Position numbers and translations under genes: made by a program. Source: Lama glama (taxonomy: Eukaryota). Taken from it: a stretch of DNA of 64,000 nt. Positions within the stretch are counted from its first letter, which is position 1. Each line of letters opens with the position of its first letter. Below, piece after piece: positions 26,195 to 39,299 of the stretch. The DNA lies in assembly GCA_028534125.1 (NCBI GenBank), contig CM052817.1, positions 26,476,001 to 26,540,000 of the forward strand, in the 5' to 3' direction. The notes beneath the pieces are model-generated. The model was not told where the DNA came from, ran no database searches, and was given only the letters and a program-made list of their open reading frames with translations.

Positions 26195-26430
26195 TACTAG
26201 CTAATGTTTATTGAAGATTTCTGTGTTGCAAGGAATGTTCTAAGCACCTGGTGTACACTAACTCGTTTAACCCTCCCAAAGCTCTGTGAGGTGTAGACGC
26301 TATTATTATCTCCATTTAACAATTGAGGTAACCAAGGCACATAGAAGTTAAATAACTTTCCTTGGGTTACGCAGCACAATTAGGATTTGAACTCAGGCAG
26401 GTTGGCACTAAGGATTATACTCGTTTAACT
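26195..26430 (-). mobile_element. MIR SINE
   Basis: attattatctccatttaacaattgaggtaaccaaggcacatagaagttaaataactt...ggatttgaactcaggcag is the reverse MIR core. Confidence 0.85.
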
Positions 26431-26519
26431 GTTACATTATTGCTATGTAATTTTGAAAGAATGATAAATCATAATTATAGGAAAATATTGTTTACACTTT
26501 AGAGTGGTAAATAGTCTTT

Positions 26520-27240
26520 CTAAGCAATCTCTGAAATTAAAAACTTGGGCACAGCAAAAGACACCATAAACAAAATTAAAAGCCAAAGACAGACCTAGAG
26601 ATATTTTTGTAAAATATACATAGACAAATTATTGACATCTTTACTATATAAATGCTTTTTCTAAATCAATATGAAAACAATAAATAATTTAATGGAAAAG
26701 ATGAGCAGAGGACATAAATATTCATTTCAGAAAAGAAATACAAATGACCAGTAAATATTTGAAAAGATGTGAAATCTCACTAATTGATTAGCATTATTCC
26801 AATTTTAAGCTGACAAAAATGAAAAAGGTTTATAACACCTAGTGTGGTGAGAGTACAGGCAAAGAAGTGGTCTCATTCATCATTGGCAGACTTATCTGGA
26901 ATGTAATTTGGTACTATCTCTACAATAAAAAATATATCTACTTGGAAACCCTGCAAAGTCTCTTCCTGTCATTTATTCCACAAGACTACTTTATTGCACT
27001 CAAGCGTTACATTGTTTTGTACAACTAGAGCACTGTCTGCAATAGCAAAAAAGTGAATTCACATCAGTATGGACTACTTAAATCGATTATAGTACTTCCA
27101 TAGGATGGAATACTATGTTGTTATTAAAGGATGAGGTTAATCTATTTGGAACGATGTCCATGGCATACTGATTGGTTAAAACAAAACAGAAATAAGTTGT
27201 CAAACTATATGTCTAGTATGACTCTATTTCTGGCATAAAG
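26520..27240 (+). mobile_element. Ancient L1ME 3' region
   Basis: gcaaaagacaccataaacaaaattaaaag; gaaatacaaatgaccagtaaatatttgaaaagatg; atggaatactatg. Confidence 0.75.
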
Positions 27241-27835
27241 AAAAATGATATGCAAAATGAATATAAACATGCCATCAAAACATGCACAATACTGGCTCTA
27301 AAAATCATTCCATATCAAATGAGAAATATAGCATTTCTACCTATTTTTGAGGAGATTTGGGGAAGCTTATGCTTATTATAAGTTCTAATTTCCAGCTTTC
27401 ACTGGATGCACAGTCTTTTGCTGTTACACTTCTGCTGTTGTTTTATTCTACCTCGAACCCCTTTCCTTGATTTTTCCAAAAAACCTGCTCACACCAGGCT
27501 ATTGTTCATATCAGATTTTTACCAAGAATTTGATGGTAACATTAGGGAATTACATCATAGCAGAGTACACTAGGTGACTTAAGATTTACTACTAGTCATC
27601 TTAAAATTTCTTTTGCCAAATCTTTGTCCCCATCCTCTCCCCCAGATAGTCATTAGTGGCCCTGGCTTCTCACCATATTTCTAGCCCCCAGCCCTCTCTT
27701 TTTCAGCCTTCTGTTTTCCTTTGCATGCCAGTCCCAGACCTCCAGCTTTCTGTTCATTTCTTCTGAATTCAGTGATATTGTTGTCATCCCTCTTCTAAAA
27801 GCATTTTTATCACTAGCTTATCTCATAAATTCATA

Positions 27836-28293
27836 TATCAGTTAAGATGAGGTTAGGTTATGAATGACAGGAAACTCAAAACCAATAATGGGATGTGCAA
27901 GCAAGGAGTTTATTTCTGCCTCCAGCGTAGATGGAATCCAGAGGCAGGCGCTCCAGTGCTTGTGTGGCAGCAACACGCTCATAAGGGACCCAGCCTCCCT
28001 CTATCTTGTTCCTCCAAGCTCAACTCACAGCTTTCACTTCATGATACAAGTTGGCTGCTCAAACTTAAGCATCTAAGAAGGAAAGGACAAAGAAGAGAGC
28101 ACCTCTTCCTATTAAGGACAGACCCGGAAGTTGCCCACACCTCAGGAGCCAGAACAAAGCCACATGACTACGTCCAGCTGAAAGGAGGGCTGGGACATAC
28201 AGCCTTTGTCTTAGGCAGTACTGTGTGCAGTTGAAAATTACTTTCTATCACTGAAGAAAGGGATTTGGGGGAATAACCAAGAGTCTCTATCAC
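27836..28293 (-). mobile_element. MaLR LTR (MLT1J-like)
   Basis: Termini tatcagttaag... and gagtctctatcaca; gccagaacaaagccacatgactac..agctgaaaggagggctggga. Confidence 0.7.
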
Positions 28294-28499
28294 AACAAGC
28301 AATGTTTATGTTGCACATAAAGAAAGGCTTTTCAGGCATGAAAGAGTGTTCACTATGACTGGAACAGGACATAAGGTGGGAGATGGGGCTAGAAAGGTAG
28401 GCAGGGCCATGTTAGGAAGGGCTTTGAAAATAAATCTGGGAAGTTTGAGTTTGGCAACAGGGAGCCAGAGATATTCTTATATCATATAATAAAAATAAA

Positions 28500-28900
28500 G
28501 AGGTAGTGAGTGGGTCAACAATGTTCTGGCTCTGGGTTTCTGCAGTTTTCTGGGCTTTCCCAGTTGTCCCGGGATGACTGCTGTAGCCCTCAGAACACTG
28601 CGTTCTCATATGACAACAGTCAAAGCCTGAAAGGAAGGCAGGGGCTGTCTGATGTTTCTCCCTGATCTAACTGGTGAAGAATTCCTTTCCCAGGAACACC
28701 CAAGAAGGCTTTCCTGAATATTTCATTGAGTAGAATGGGGTCACATGGTTACCCATAGCTGCAAGGGAACCTGGGAAGCCAGGAACCAGAAGAATCTCTT
28801 CTACTAGATGGGACATTATGATTCATCCCCTGATTTGGGACACTTTGCCCATCACCAAATAGAGGTTCTTTCAGCAAGGAAAAGAAAGGACTGTTGGACA
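28500..28900 (-). mobile_element. MaLR LTR fragment (MLT1K-like)
   Basis: tcattgagtagaatggggtcacatggttacccatagctgcaagggaacctgggaa. Confidence 0.65.
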
Positions 28901-29609
28901 AGTTGTCATCCAAGTTAACAGTTAGACATTGAGACTTTCTGCAGAGACAAAGAAAAGCACAGAAATAGTTTTTCAGGTTAACTTTTCCAAACTTGCCCTA
29001 TACTGCTACATGGGCTAGAAGAGAGAACCAAATCCTCAAAATATGATACTGTGACTTCACATTACTTTTAAAAATTTACGTTGAAACCACAAATGCCTTT
29101 TTTTTAAATAAAAAATTCCCAGCAAACCAAAAAACTGAAGCGAAACCAAATACATTAGCGAATCACTGAAGAAAAGAACTGTATGTTTATAGAACTTTAT
29201 TAAAGATAGCTTACAATGTTTATTTTTCGGATTATACAGTTGATCCTTACTGATTGCTAAAAATTTGCAAAGTGCAAAAAATTTTTAAAAAAGTGAAAAA
29301 ATTATCTCGAATTTTACCAGAGATAATCATTATTATTGTTTGACATAATTAATTTTAGTCTTTCAGATGTAAGAACAAATTTTTTTCTTGTAAAATTAGG
29401 ATTTCATTATACAGATATTTTATTTTTGTATCTTACTCTTTATATTAATAAATCTATGATCACTTAAAAATAACAGATTTTCTGGGTTTTTTTGCATGTC
29501 TCTCTTCAGTGTGTATCTCTTATTGTATTTTAATGAATCAACTGGAAAAAAGGAATTTGTTTTCTGGAGGGAAAATGCTATAGGAGTAAATTATCTAGAG
29601 GGTTCTCTC

Positions 29610-29775
29610 TCTCACTGGCTGTGTGGACTTATATAAGTTGCTTAATCTCTTTATTTTTCAGTTTTCTCATTTATAAAATGAGGTTGCTGACAATAATAGT
29701 GATAATGGTTTAGCTATTTTACAGAGATTTTTGTGAGGACAAAGTATGCTAAGATACATACAAGTACATTGTAAG
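29610..29775 (+). mobile_element. MIR SINE
   Basis: cactggctgtgtggactt..aagttgcttaatctc...cagttttctcatttataaaatgagg. Confidence 0.75.
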
Positions 29776-32329
29776 TTGTAAATTGAATCTGAAAGACAAA
29801 AATTCAAAGTTAAAGCTTAATTTAATATTTTCCTCCCAAAGCATTAAAAAAACTCATTATTTTATATTTAGAAGATTTTAAAAGGCAGGAATTATACAGA
29901 GCAAAAACAGTCTTATTTTCTATTTTGAATAATAAACATACCACAGAAAAGTTTTGTTCAAAATTATAAAAACAATTTTGTTTCTGATAAACATTTGAGA
30001 ACTTAAAATTTTTATTTGGAAAAAAATGTTTTAATAGAAATGTCCTTTTAAAGGTTTATGTGGTTAAAAAAAGTAAAAAGAATAGATAATCGCTTATGAC
30101 TAGCCTTGAAATTTTATGTATAATTTTAAATGTCATTTAAACAGAAAGCACTCACTAAGGGGAATTTACAAAAATACTCCCTTTTCTCCTAAATGATTAA
30201 AAAAATGCACAACTATAATAATTTAGGTAATGATAATAAGAAGAAAAGAGCAGGTTTAATTTGAAACCAAATTTTGCAATCGTTGACTGCGCTTGTCACA
30301 AACATGTTTTCCTCTAATAAGCATCAAGCATTTCCCACTACCTCTTTCTTTTTGAGCTCAGAGACTGAATAAATTTCCCAGAAACCTCACTCTTTTACTT
30401 CTGAGTACTCCTTTATCTTATGCATGAGAAATGAGAGCTGCTAGACAGCCTAGGATCTTTCCCAGCTATGATTTCCATTTTTAGGGAAATTTAAGATAAG
30501 ACTTCTAAGAGGTTGAATGCAAAAGCCTCTGGAATCCCTTGTTTTTGGAGCCTGTGTGGGAGTGGAATTTGCATCTGGTTGAAATCATCTAAATGTGACC
30601 CAGCACAGGCTGAGCGATGAGGAAGATGACTTTGCAAGGTTCAGCTATGGTTCAGTGACTCTTCGCTGAGAATCAACTACTATAAAATCTCTGGTTATTA
30701 CGCAAAACATATTGCGACTGAGCAGTAACAACGGTTTATGGAGAAAACTTAGGCAGACTTGCTCAATGCAGTTAAAAATCCCAATAATTTTCTAACTGGC
30801 TCATATAAACAAAAGGAAAACAAAAATCACTGGTGTCCTGTCACCTAGAGGTTACCTCCATTAACATCTGCATCTGTGCATATAAGAAGTTGAATTCAAA
30901 TTCAAGTTTTGTGTCCTCCTTTTTTCACTTAACATTATGTTGTGTGCACATATCCACTTCATGAAGTATTTTTTGATTTATAGTGGGCTGAAATTGCCTG
31001 CTTCTTAGGACTGGGTCACCATCAGCAAAGAGATGAAATCAGTGCCTTCCAGAAGAAAGTAGTTGCCCCTACTGCCTGCACCTGCCTCTGCTTCATTGCA
31101 CCCATGACTATTTTTCTAATAAGCAACGCCAACTGGTGTCAAGTCTCAGCTGGATGACATGATGTTTTGTTTTGTTTTTATCTTGGGGCCTAATTGTAAT
31201 CTATAACTACTGTAAGTACAAACTTTCACATAGGTGTTTCAAGTGAGTTCTCTCCATGAAGGCTGCATCCGTAATAAAGGGAATGGAATTCACAATTTTA
31301 CTTTGTTAACTCAACATTCATCATTTGAGCAAGTGGGTATTTCCAAGGCAGAAAGTTAATTGGTAAGGAGGAAGGGATATGCTTATTCAAATCTGCCTTC
31401 CCAAAGATCAGGCCAAATTAGTTCAGATTTGCCAACAGGTCAAATATAAATTTTCTACTGAAGTAAACACCAGCTTAAGAAGTATGCTACTTTCTGATGA
31501 GCTTAAAGAAGTCCTGGGATGATTTTCTCAACCATTTTTAATACTGTAAACAGAATCTTAAAAAACAAACAAGCAAAAAACAACTGCATTCATCCAAAGC
31601 CAACAATCTACACACATGATTGGGATTTGTGCAAAAAAATTTTTAAACTGCTATATGAAGTTAAAATACCACTGGTCAACATATCTTCAATTCAGAACAT
31701 ACTTAGACTTCTTTGTGTTGGTTATATGTTCCTGTAAGATGTATTTTGTTCATTTTAGAGACCCACCTGTTCAGAGTATGAACTGATAAGCCATATAAAT
31801 TCTAGCTTTATGTGATTTTCAGAAGATGGTGCTTCACCTCTTCTGTAAATCAGAATGTCTGTAACAGCTTCCAGAACTTTATTCATGCACATGAAAGTCA
31901 TTTTTACACATGTCCTTTACATTGTCAGCACAACTTTTCAGTAGTGGGTGAAATTCCTCCAGCTTATTTGTATGATGGCAATAGCTAATAAAAATAACAT
32001 CTACAAACAAAAGTGTCTAAAATTCATGCCTATAATGTGAGTCATCTTAGGGAAAAAAGACAAAAAGGAGCAAAGAACTTTTACTTAAGAGTGCGAAGGA
32101 AAAAAAAATTGGGGATGAGAATAATGACAGCTTTTAAGTTCAGTATCAGTCTTTGTCAATAAGCCATGCAGAATCAGGCAAACCGGCTTGGAGGTTGGTG
32201 TACCCACCTAGTGTGAGAGACCTAATTAATAACATGTAAATGATATAGCTGTTTCCTGTAGTCAAGTGTACCAATGATATGGCAAAATTCAACAGGGTAC
32301 CATCATAAAGAAATGCAAAGGTGGACTAT

Positions 32330-32540
32330 GGGCCAGCTGCGCCATTTATTGCCTTGAGGTCTTGAGCAAGACACATAAGCTCTCTCTGCCTCAGTTTCCT
32401 CCTCTACAAATGAAGATAACATTACCTACCTCATAATTGTTGGGGTGACTAAGTAGGAAATTGCATAAAAAGCACTTAATTGGCACATGTTAAATGTGCA
32501 ATACATGGCAGGCCAGTGTGACTTTCTGTTATTATTATGA
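32330..32540 (+). mobile_element. MIR SINE
   Basis: tctctctgcctcagtttcctcctctacaaatgaagataacattacctacctcata. Confidence 0.8.
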
Positions 32541-32999
32541 CTTGGTTAAAAAGATCAAGGGAGCAGAGACCAGCAAACTGAAGGACAAGGCAGCATCATG
32601 ACACTGTGTCTTAAAAAGCTCCTCTTACTACCTGGGAATTTTCCACTAGGTACTTAGCTCTGGTCGTATATCTCTCTAGACATCAGAAGTCTGTCATGAA
32701 AATGACTTACAAAGATTCAGAGAAGAGACTCAGAAAGGACCAGAAGTACGGGTCAGTGAGCAGTTCAGTGGAACTGTCACCTGGGGCTGACAGGTGAGGG
32801 TGCACAAGCCCCCCTTCCAGCTGAGGGAAGGCTTCCCCCCTGAGCTGGAGCTTAGCTCCTCTCTCCCAAGTCCGGAGGAGGAGGTAGGCCTTTCATCAGG
32901 GAGAAGGCAAATGATCATCAGATCTAGGGATATATGCTGATGTTAAGGACCACTAAACATTAAAGTGGCTCTTGGATGTTTTTTAAAAAAGCCCTTACC

Positions 33000-33297
33000 T
33001 CCCTCATCTTCTCACCCAGAATTTTCCTGACAATCCTATTTAAATATACTCCCCACCCAAGCTTCCTATTCCTCCTCCCTGCTTTATTTTCCTTTTTAGT
33101 AATTAGCACAGTACAGTGTACTTACTATCTTACTAAATCATCATGCTCATTGCTTTTCTCTCTGGTAGATGTAAACACATAAGAGCAGGCTATTTTATTT
33201 TTGGGTTGTTACTGTTCACTGCTAGCGCCTAGCACAGTGTTCAGTAAATATTATAGCAAGTGTTCAATGAATAATTTGTTGAACGAGGAAGGAAATG
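33000..33297 (+). mobile_element. L2 3' end
   Basis: gttcactgctagcgcctagcacagtg...gttcaatgaataatttgttgaacga. Confidence 0.7.
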
Positions 33298-33654
33298 ATA
33301 CACTTTTTATCTTAAGACATTTGTAGTGTGATGAGCAGAAGACTTCAGAGGGCATTTCTGAAGATTCTATGATTGTTCAGATTATGCATAAGAAATAAAG
33401 TACCATTAACAACCTGAGTAAAAATTTCTAGACCCTTTAAAACTGTTAAGACAATAAACACATGGCATTAGACTCCTATGCATGATGTGTAAGCTTGTAT
33501 GGCTTTAACAATCTCCTAAGAATGAGGACCTCTTTTATTGAGAGTTTGGGCACTGGCAAAGGTCAAATTCTGAAATTCAGCGGTTGTTATTTAAAGAGAG
33601 GGTAGGAATGCAGGGAGAAAACTCCAGAAGGCAGAAATCCAAAACAGGAGTGGC

Positions 33655-33830
33655 TAAGATAGCCACCATGTATTGAATGTCTACTATTTTCCAAGGACGA
33701 TACAGCTGTTTCAGAGAACCCTTCTCAGGTAGATATTATTATAGCTATTTTCCAGATGGGAAAATCAGGGCCTTGTCCTGGTTAATAAGCAGAGCTGGGA
33801 TTTGAATCTTGCTTTGTCTGAATCCAGATT
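33655..33830 (-). mobile_element. MIR SINE fragment
   Basis: attttccagatgggaaaatcagg...gcagagctgggatttgaatc. Confidence 0.7.
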
Positions 33831-36334
33831 TCTACCTGCTCCAAAATTTCAGATTGTCCTGGGGTAAAAGCTTCAACCCACTCCCTCCAGAACTGTGCGG
33901 GAGATCTGTTATTTTGAAACGACGGCAAGTTAGCACTCACTGGGCCCTGCCTTGTGACTGAAACGTTGACAACCCCCGCTCTGAGCAGGTGTGCTGAGTT
34001 GCAGTTACTGTGATGTTTGTGCCCAAACCAAAGATCCCTATCAAGGCAACGAGTAAAAGATGAATTTGAGAAGACGCAGTGATGGTCTTTTTCTCCTTTT
34101 TTAGACAGATCAGGATTTCTCCATCAGAGAGGGTCTTGTGCACAGTGCAGGAGTTCCCTGGGAGTTTGTGCATTTGACCCAATGACGCTGCTCTCACGTT
34201 GCGTTTCAAACTTCTTGTCGGGATTTGTTCTTGGAGTCCCAGGCACATTCTTTTAAATTTCTTCAATCACAGCCAATCTTTGGCCTCTTCAGGTGGATAT
34301 GATTTTGGGAGACAGCCCTTTGGAGCTACATCCAATGAATAAGGTGGGGAACAAGCTGATTGTATTTTGAATCAAAAACAAGCTGTGAATAGAATGCAGT
34401 GATACTGTTTTTCTTTTGTAGTTCATTAAACTGTCTCTGAAAGATATTATAAAAAGGTTCTAAAAGTGCTTTGCCTAGCCTCTGCAGTGTTGGAAAAGTG
34501 CACCAAATATCCAGGGATTGCTTGGAAGGGTAACAGTCATTTGACATTAACTGTGCTCTGACACTTAAAAAAAAAGTTACACCGTAACTTCAGAGCCACA
34601 GCTGGCATGATTACAGTGGATGCTGCCGTCTTCTGCAACAAGACCCTGCCTTGTTATGAATTATGGCTCTACAGTAAAAAGGACCAGGATGTAAATGTTT
34701 GCTAGATAAACACAGTTATACACGGCAAACAAACCAGGATAAAAACGGCAATTGAGAATCCTGAGAACCTGACATTCGCTGAAACAAAAAGCAATACATT
34801 ATGTTACATTAAAACAGCTAAAGAGAAAATGGATGATGAGAATAACAGCGGGGGAATGATGTTTTCATGGCTGTGGCTGGAAGAGGGAAGTTAGAAGATG
34901 TTTGAAATGATATTCCTCCCGGTTAGGGAGGCTGTTGTTTATAAAGAATTAAAATGCATAAGGAGAAAATCATTCCTGTCATTTCTAGCCTGTGGCATTT
35001 CCAGGATATTTTAATATTTATAATTTTAAAGGGTACTTTATATGAATGTATTTTTACACTGAAAGTGATACATCAGAGTTAAGCTCTTTCTCTTACGAAG
35101 AGCTAACATTTTACAATCTCCATAATAAAATCAAACAGAAAGAATGCGCGTTCTGGTTTAATACCGTTGTTTATCTCTTAGTGGGGAGCTGGGTAAAAAT
35201 AATTACAGCCTGATGAATGCCCTGGGTTTGAAACTCAAAGCCTTCAGACAAAGTTTTAGTACATATTTCCCATCTTCAGAACCCACTGAAATATTTTATT
35301 TTTGGGGTGGCATATCGTGAATGAGGGTCCGTGTAAACATTAAAAGCTACCCACTAAATCCAAGTCATTTCACTTCATATGCTAACAGTAAGGAGAAGGG
35401 GGAGGCATCTTACTAACCCAGGGTAAAAATTGAGTAAATGATTGATATCACAGGGTTTTCAAGGTTTCCTGTTTGTTACAATTACCATTGTCATTAAGAG
35501 TTCTCTTTGATATAAATGGCTGAGACCTTTACAGTGGGCAAGAATACCATTTAGGAGTGAGTTCAGAGTACACAGACAATTATTACATTATTTAAAAATC
35601 TTATTAAAAGAGATCCTCGTTCTTGGGAGGCTGTTAAAGAGAAAAGAAGCTGTTCATCTGCCTTATCAGAGGATGTTTCAAATGAGGGTGTTTTTGAGAA
35701 AGCAAGTCATGACCTTTAGCCAACTGTATTTGCCTAGGAACCTCAGAGGAGGGGTGCTCAGCGGTCTGGGGCTCGGGCTGTCCCCCACCAGCAGCCCAGC
35801 CCTCCCCACTGGAGACAGCAGAGTAAAGAGCCAGGGCGGGAGGAAGGGGTGAATCTTTGTTCTGCTTTTCGTGGCTGTGGCATTTCATGCAAATCATTTA
35901 ACCAGCTGAGGGCTCCTTGGCTGTAAATTATATTTAAAAATGATGACCACATAAGGCTGTTGTGAGATCAGATGAGGGAGTCCATCCATGGGTCAGCAAA
36001 TGCTTCTGTAGTGGCTGACTATTTACTGCCTGAGACGCACCAGTGAGCAAGGCCAGGCCCTGGGCCTCCAGGGCCCCGGACACGACTGGCTGTTTGGTGA
36101 ACACTTGGCAGTGTAAACAGGTGCTATGGGCACTCATGGGAGGGCATGAACCTGGCTCACAGTTGGGGTGGGTGGCCATCATGGAAGACTTCCAGCTTAT
36201 AACGAGGGTCTAGTTCTTACTGGAACTCCATACCCATGTTTCCTTCCCACTACCACTGTGAACTCCCCAGGATTTCCCCCCACTTCTGTCCCAAGGCTGG
36301 GCTATACAGCATCAGAAATGACACACCCAGAGGG

Positions 36335-36470
36335 GTGTGTGTGTGTGTGTGTGTGTAAGCCTGTAGTGTGTACATGTGATTTTAGGTTATTTGCTTCCTT
36401 CCCTCACTACTACCTCATCTGTTAAAAAATGTGTGTTTGTGTGTGAGAGAGAGAGAAAGAGAGAAAAAAA
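36335..36470. repeat. (TG)n and (TG)/(GA)n microsatellites
   Basis: (TG)~11 at 36335-36356; tgtgtgagagagagagaaagaga at ~36439-36464. Confidence 0.85.
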
Positions 36471-37979
36471 CCAAAGAGAGATTTCCAGGAAAGGAAGAAA
36501 GTTAGATGGCTGTCCCTCAACACCTCCTCCTCCGACCCCATCAAGAAAATCCCCTCTGAGATTAAATTTTATGTGCAGATGTGAGGTGTGTAAGAGGCAA
36601 TAGGAAAAACCACTTCTCACTGTCAGGAACAGGAGGCAGCGCGAAGCCTGACTCTATGAGAACATGACAAACTACACCTACAAACACACTGAGAGCAAGT
36701 CCCTCAGAAGAGGCGGAGGGGCAGCCTGGGAGCCAAGGGGAGAAGGGGTTTCTGTGGGCAATACCCTTTCCAGCACCATCCAGGACAGGGTGGGAGAGCT
36801 TGGGCTGCAGGCACACCCCGTCTGCCCTCACCGTGCATATGTATGCTCTTTTGTGGAGAAAGTGCACAAGGCCTGAGGCCCTGAACTTACAAAGCACACC
36901 TGTGGTGTCTCTTGCTTTGTTTCCCAAAGGGCAGAGTCCCCCCTTCTCCTGGAGGTGGAGGGGGCTGCCCCTGTACACAGCTGTCCTTGCCCAACTCCTC
37001 TGCTTCTCAAGGGGCACAGGGACCCTTGGAAACCACTGGATCCCTTGCTGGAAGTACAACCATCTTTGAACTCTTTGCTGCCCCTAATCTTTTAGACTCT
37101 CGGATGAGGAAACTCTGTTCTGAATTTTCTGAGTCACACCTGAAGCTGATCTTCACCTCTGCATTAAACTGTCCTAACGGAGCAGCGTCCTGGGGCCGCA
37201 CACGCTGTACTAATGCCCTGGCACACCATCCCCTACGTGCGCCCTGGGGTGGCTTTCAGTCGACATTTTCATGAGATGAAATCAGCCGCCACGGAGGAAA
37301 CAAGTAAGGAACCGCCTCGCAGGACTTGTGGCTGGCTGCGTTCAGCCGAAGGATGGCTTTCCACTGGAGTCGGATGTTCTCCTGTAAGAATCTAGGCAAT
37401 GAGTTTCTCTTCAGTCTCAGCACCAGGAAGCCAGGACGCCCTCACCATCCTGAGCATCCTGAGCGGCGCACTCGTGTTTGTTCAGTAGGCCTGCAGCTTT
37501 CTGTGTGGTAGCGTTTGCTGCTTCACGCCGGTGGCTTAAATGTTTAGAACTCCGCGGCATTTTCATTTTCTCTATCACCCTCGTCCCTGGTTTTAGCTTA
37601 ATCTTTGCCTTCATTTCTTTTGGCCTCATCATTCCATTTCTTTTTTTAAATTTGTCTTATCATGCTAAGATGTATGTATTTTTATAAGCTGCCCTCAGTC
37701 AACCCAAACGAGAGGTAAATAAATAAAATATCCAGCAGATATATGTTCTGCTTACCTAATAACACCATGATGGTGATTTGGCTTTCCTTGGAGAATTTTC
37801 TAGAAGGAGCTCATCAGAGGGCTCAGGATCTCACCTGCCAGATTGAGTTCTTACTGCACATTAACAAATTGATGCCTGGGTTTACACAAGAGTCTCTTGT
37901 GGACCTAGCAGCTGCGTAGCCATCTCTGTGGCTCACTTGCGCTGTTTATCCCTGCTATCACTGCCCAGCAGACAATGTC

Positions 37980-38520
37980 AGTCCTCTTTCACTCCCTTGA
38001 ACATGCCAAGCTCTTCCCACCTCAGGGCCTTTGCACATGCGATTGCCTTTGTTTGGACTTTCCTTCATTCTACTCTCCTTAGGCTCCTCTTTTTCATCAT
38101 TAGAGCAGTAGAGTCACGTTAGAATGACCGGGGAGTTAACACTGATGCCCAGGCCCCAACCCAGACAAATCAAACTAGAATCTCTGGGGGTGCGGCCTAG
38201 GTACTGGTTATTTCTTAAAAACGTCTCAGCCAGGGCTGAGGTTCACAGCTTCAAGTCTCATCTTAAATGTCAGCTGCACAAAGAGGCCCTCCTTGACCAC
38301 CCCTGGGACATAGACACTGTCTTGCTCTCTAGCTCATCTTCTTCTCTGACTCCTTTGCAACAGCTATTGTAATTTGTAATGATTGCATTTGTATGAATGT
38401 TTTTGGTCTTCCCCCACTAGGATGTAGGTGCTGCAAGCACAGGGAGTATGTCTGTCTGTATGTCTGTATGTCTGTCTTGGTCTGTGTGCTTCTCTTCAGT
38501 TCACAGGATCAGGCACATGA
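37980..38520 (+). mobile_element. L2 fragment with a nested MER5A-like hAT element (~38105-38240)
   Basis: L2 motifs cctcagggcctttgcacatgc and ttcaagtctcatcttaaatgtca, interrupted by tgatgcccaggcccc...tagaatctctgggggtg. Confidence 0.75.
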
Positions 38521-39299
38521 CAGGATTCTGAGTCTGCAATGATGAGGCTGGCCCTGAGATGATACATGTGGGTCTGCAGGGCCTCCTGGAAGCCAGCCAA
38601 GGCTCCCTGGAATATTTTGAGAGAATCTATGTCAACATCTAATGGTTATTTTAACCAGCCAAAGATTGGACACATGTTGTTCCTTTCACCTGACTCTGGG
38701 GTCTCAGGATTTTTTGAGTGAGATCTGTAATTAGGTCCTGACTCATGGTATCTCCTTTATGCCCACATCTTTCGCCCCTGCTTGATTTAGGCCATGACAA
38801 GTGAGAGATTCCGTCTCGTTCACCCTTGTGTGCCCTCCCCAGCCCCAGCACCCAGCACTGGGTCTTGCTCATAGCAGGGGCTCTATAAATGCCTGTGGAC
38901 TTGATGGAGTTGATTTTTATCTTTATGGCATGTAGGCATTTGACCAAGATTTCACCCTGGGAGGGAGCATTTACAGTTATTCAGAGATTCGAGGCATAGG
39001 GGAGTGTGACCACATCATGAAAGTTAAATTTGTTTGTGTAGGCAACTCATCCATAATCTAAACAGGTGCAGATGGTCTCTACACCTGCATTGCACCGAAG
39101 GACAGAACAAGTACATTTGTGTTTGGAGGCAAATAACGAAACTCCGAGGAGTCTGAAAACAACTCACAGTCGCGTACCGCAAACACACATGCTGGTCTAT
39201 CAAAGGGCAAACGCGGGACGGGGCTGCCCGAGTCCTCCCTGGGGCTGTCTGTCCTTTGCAAGTCATTACTTAGTAGTTATTAGTAAAGCAAAGCAAACC

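Noticed and set aside
36562..37687. Many overlapping 60-165 aa ORFs on both strands
   Set aside because: No recognisable protein features. The density is explained by higher GC content in the RHOH regulatory region.
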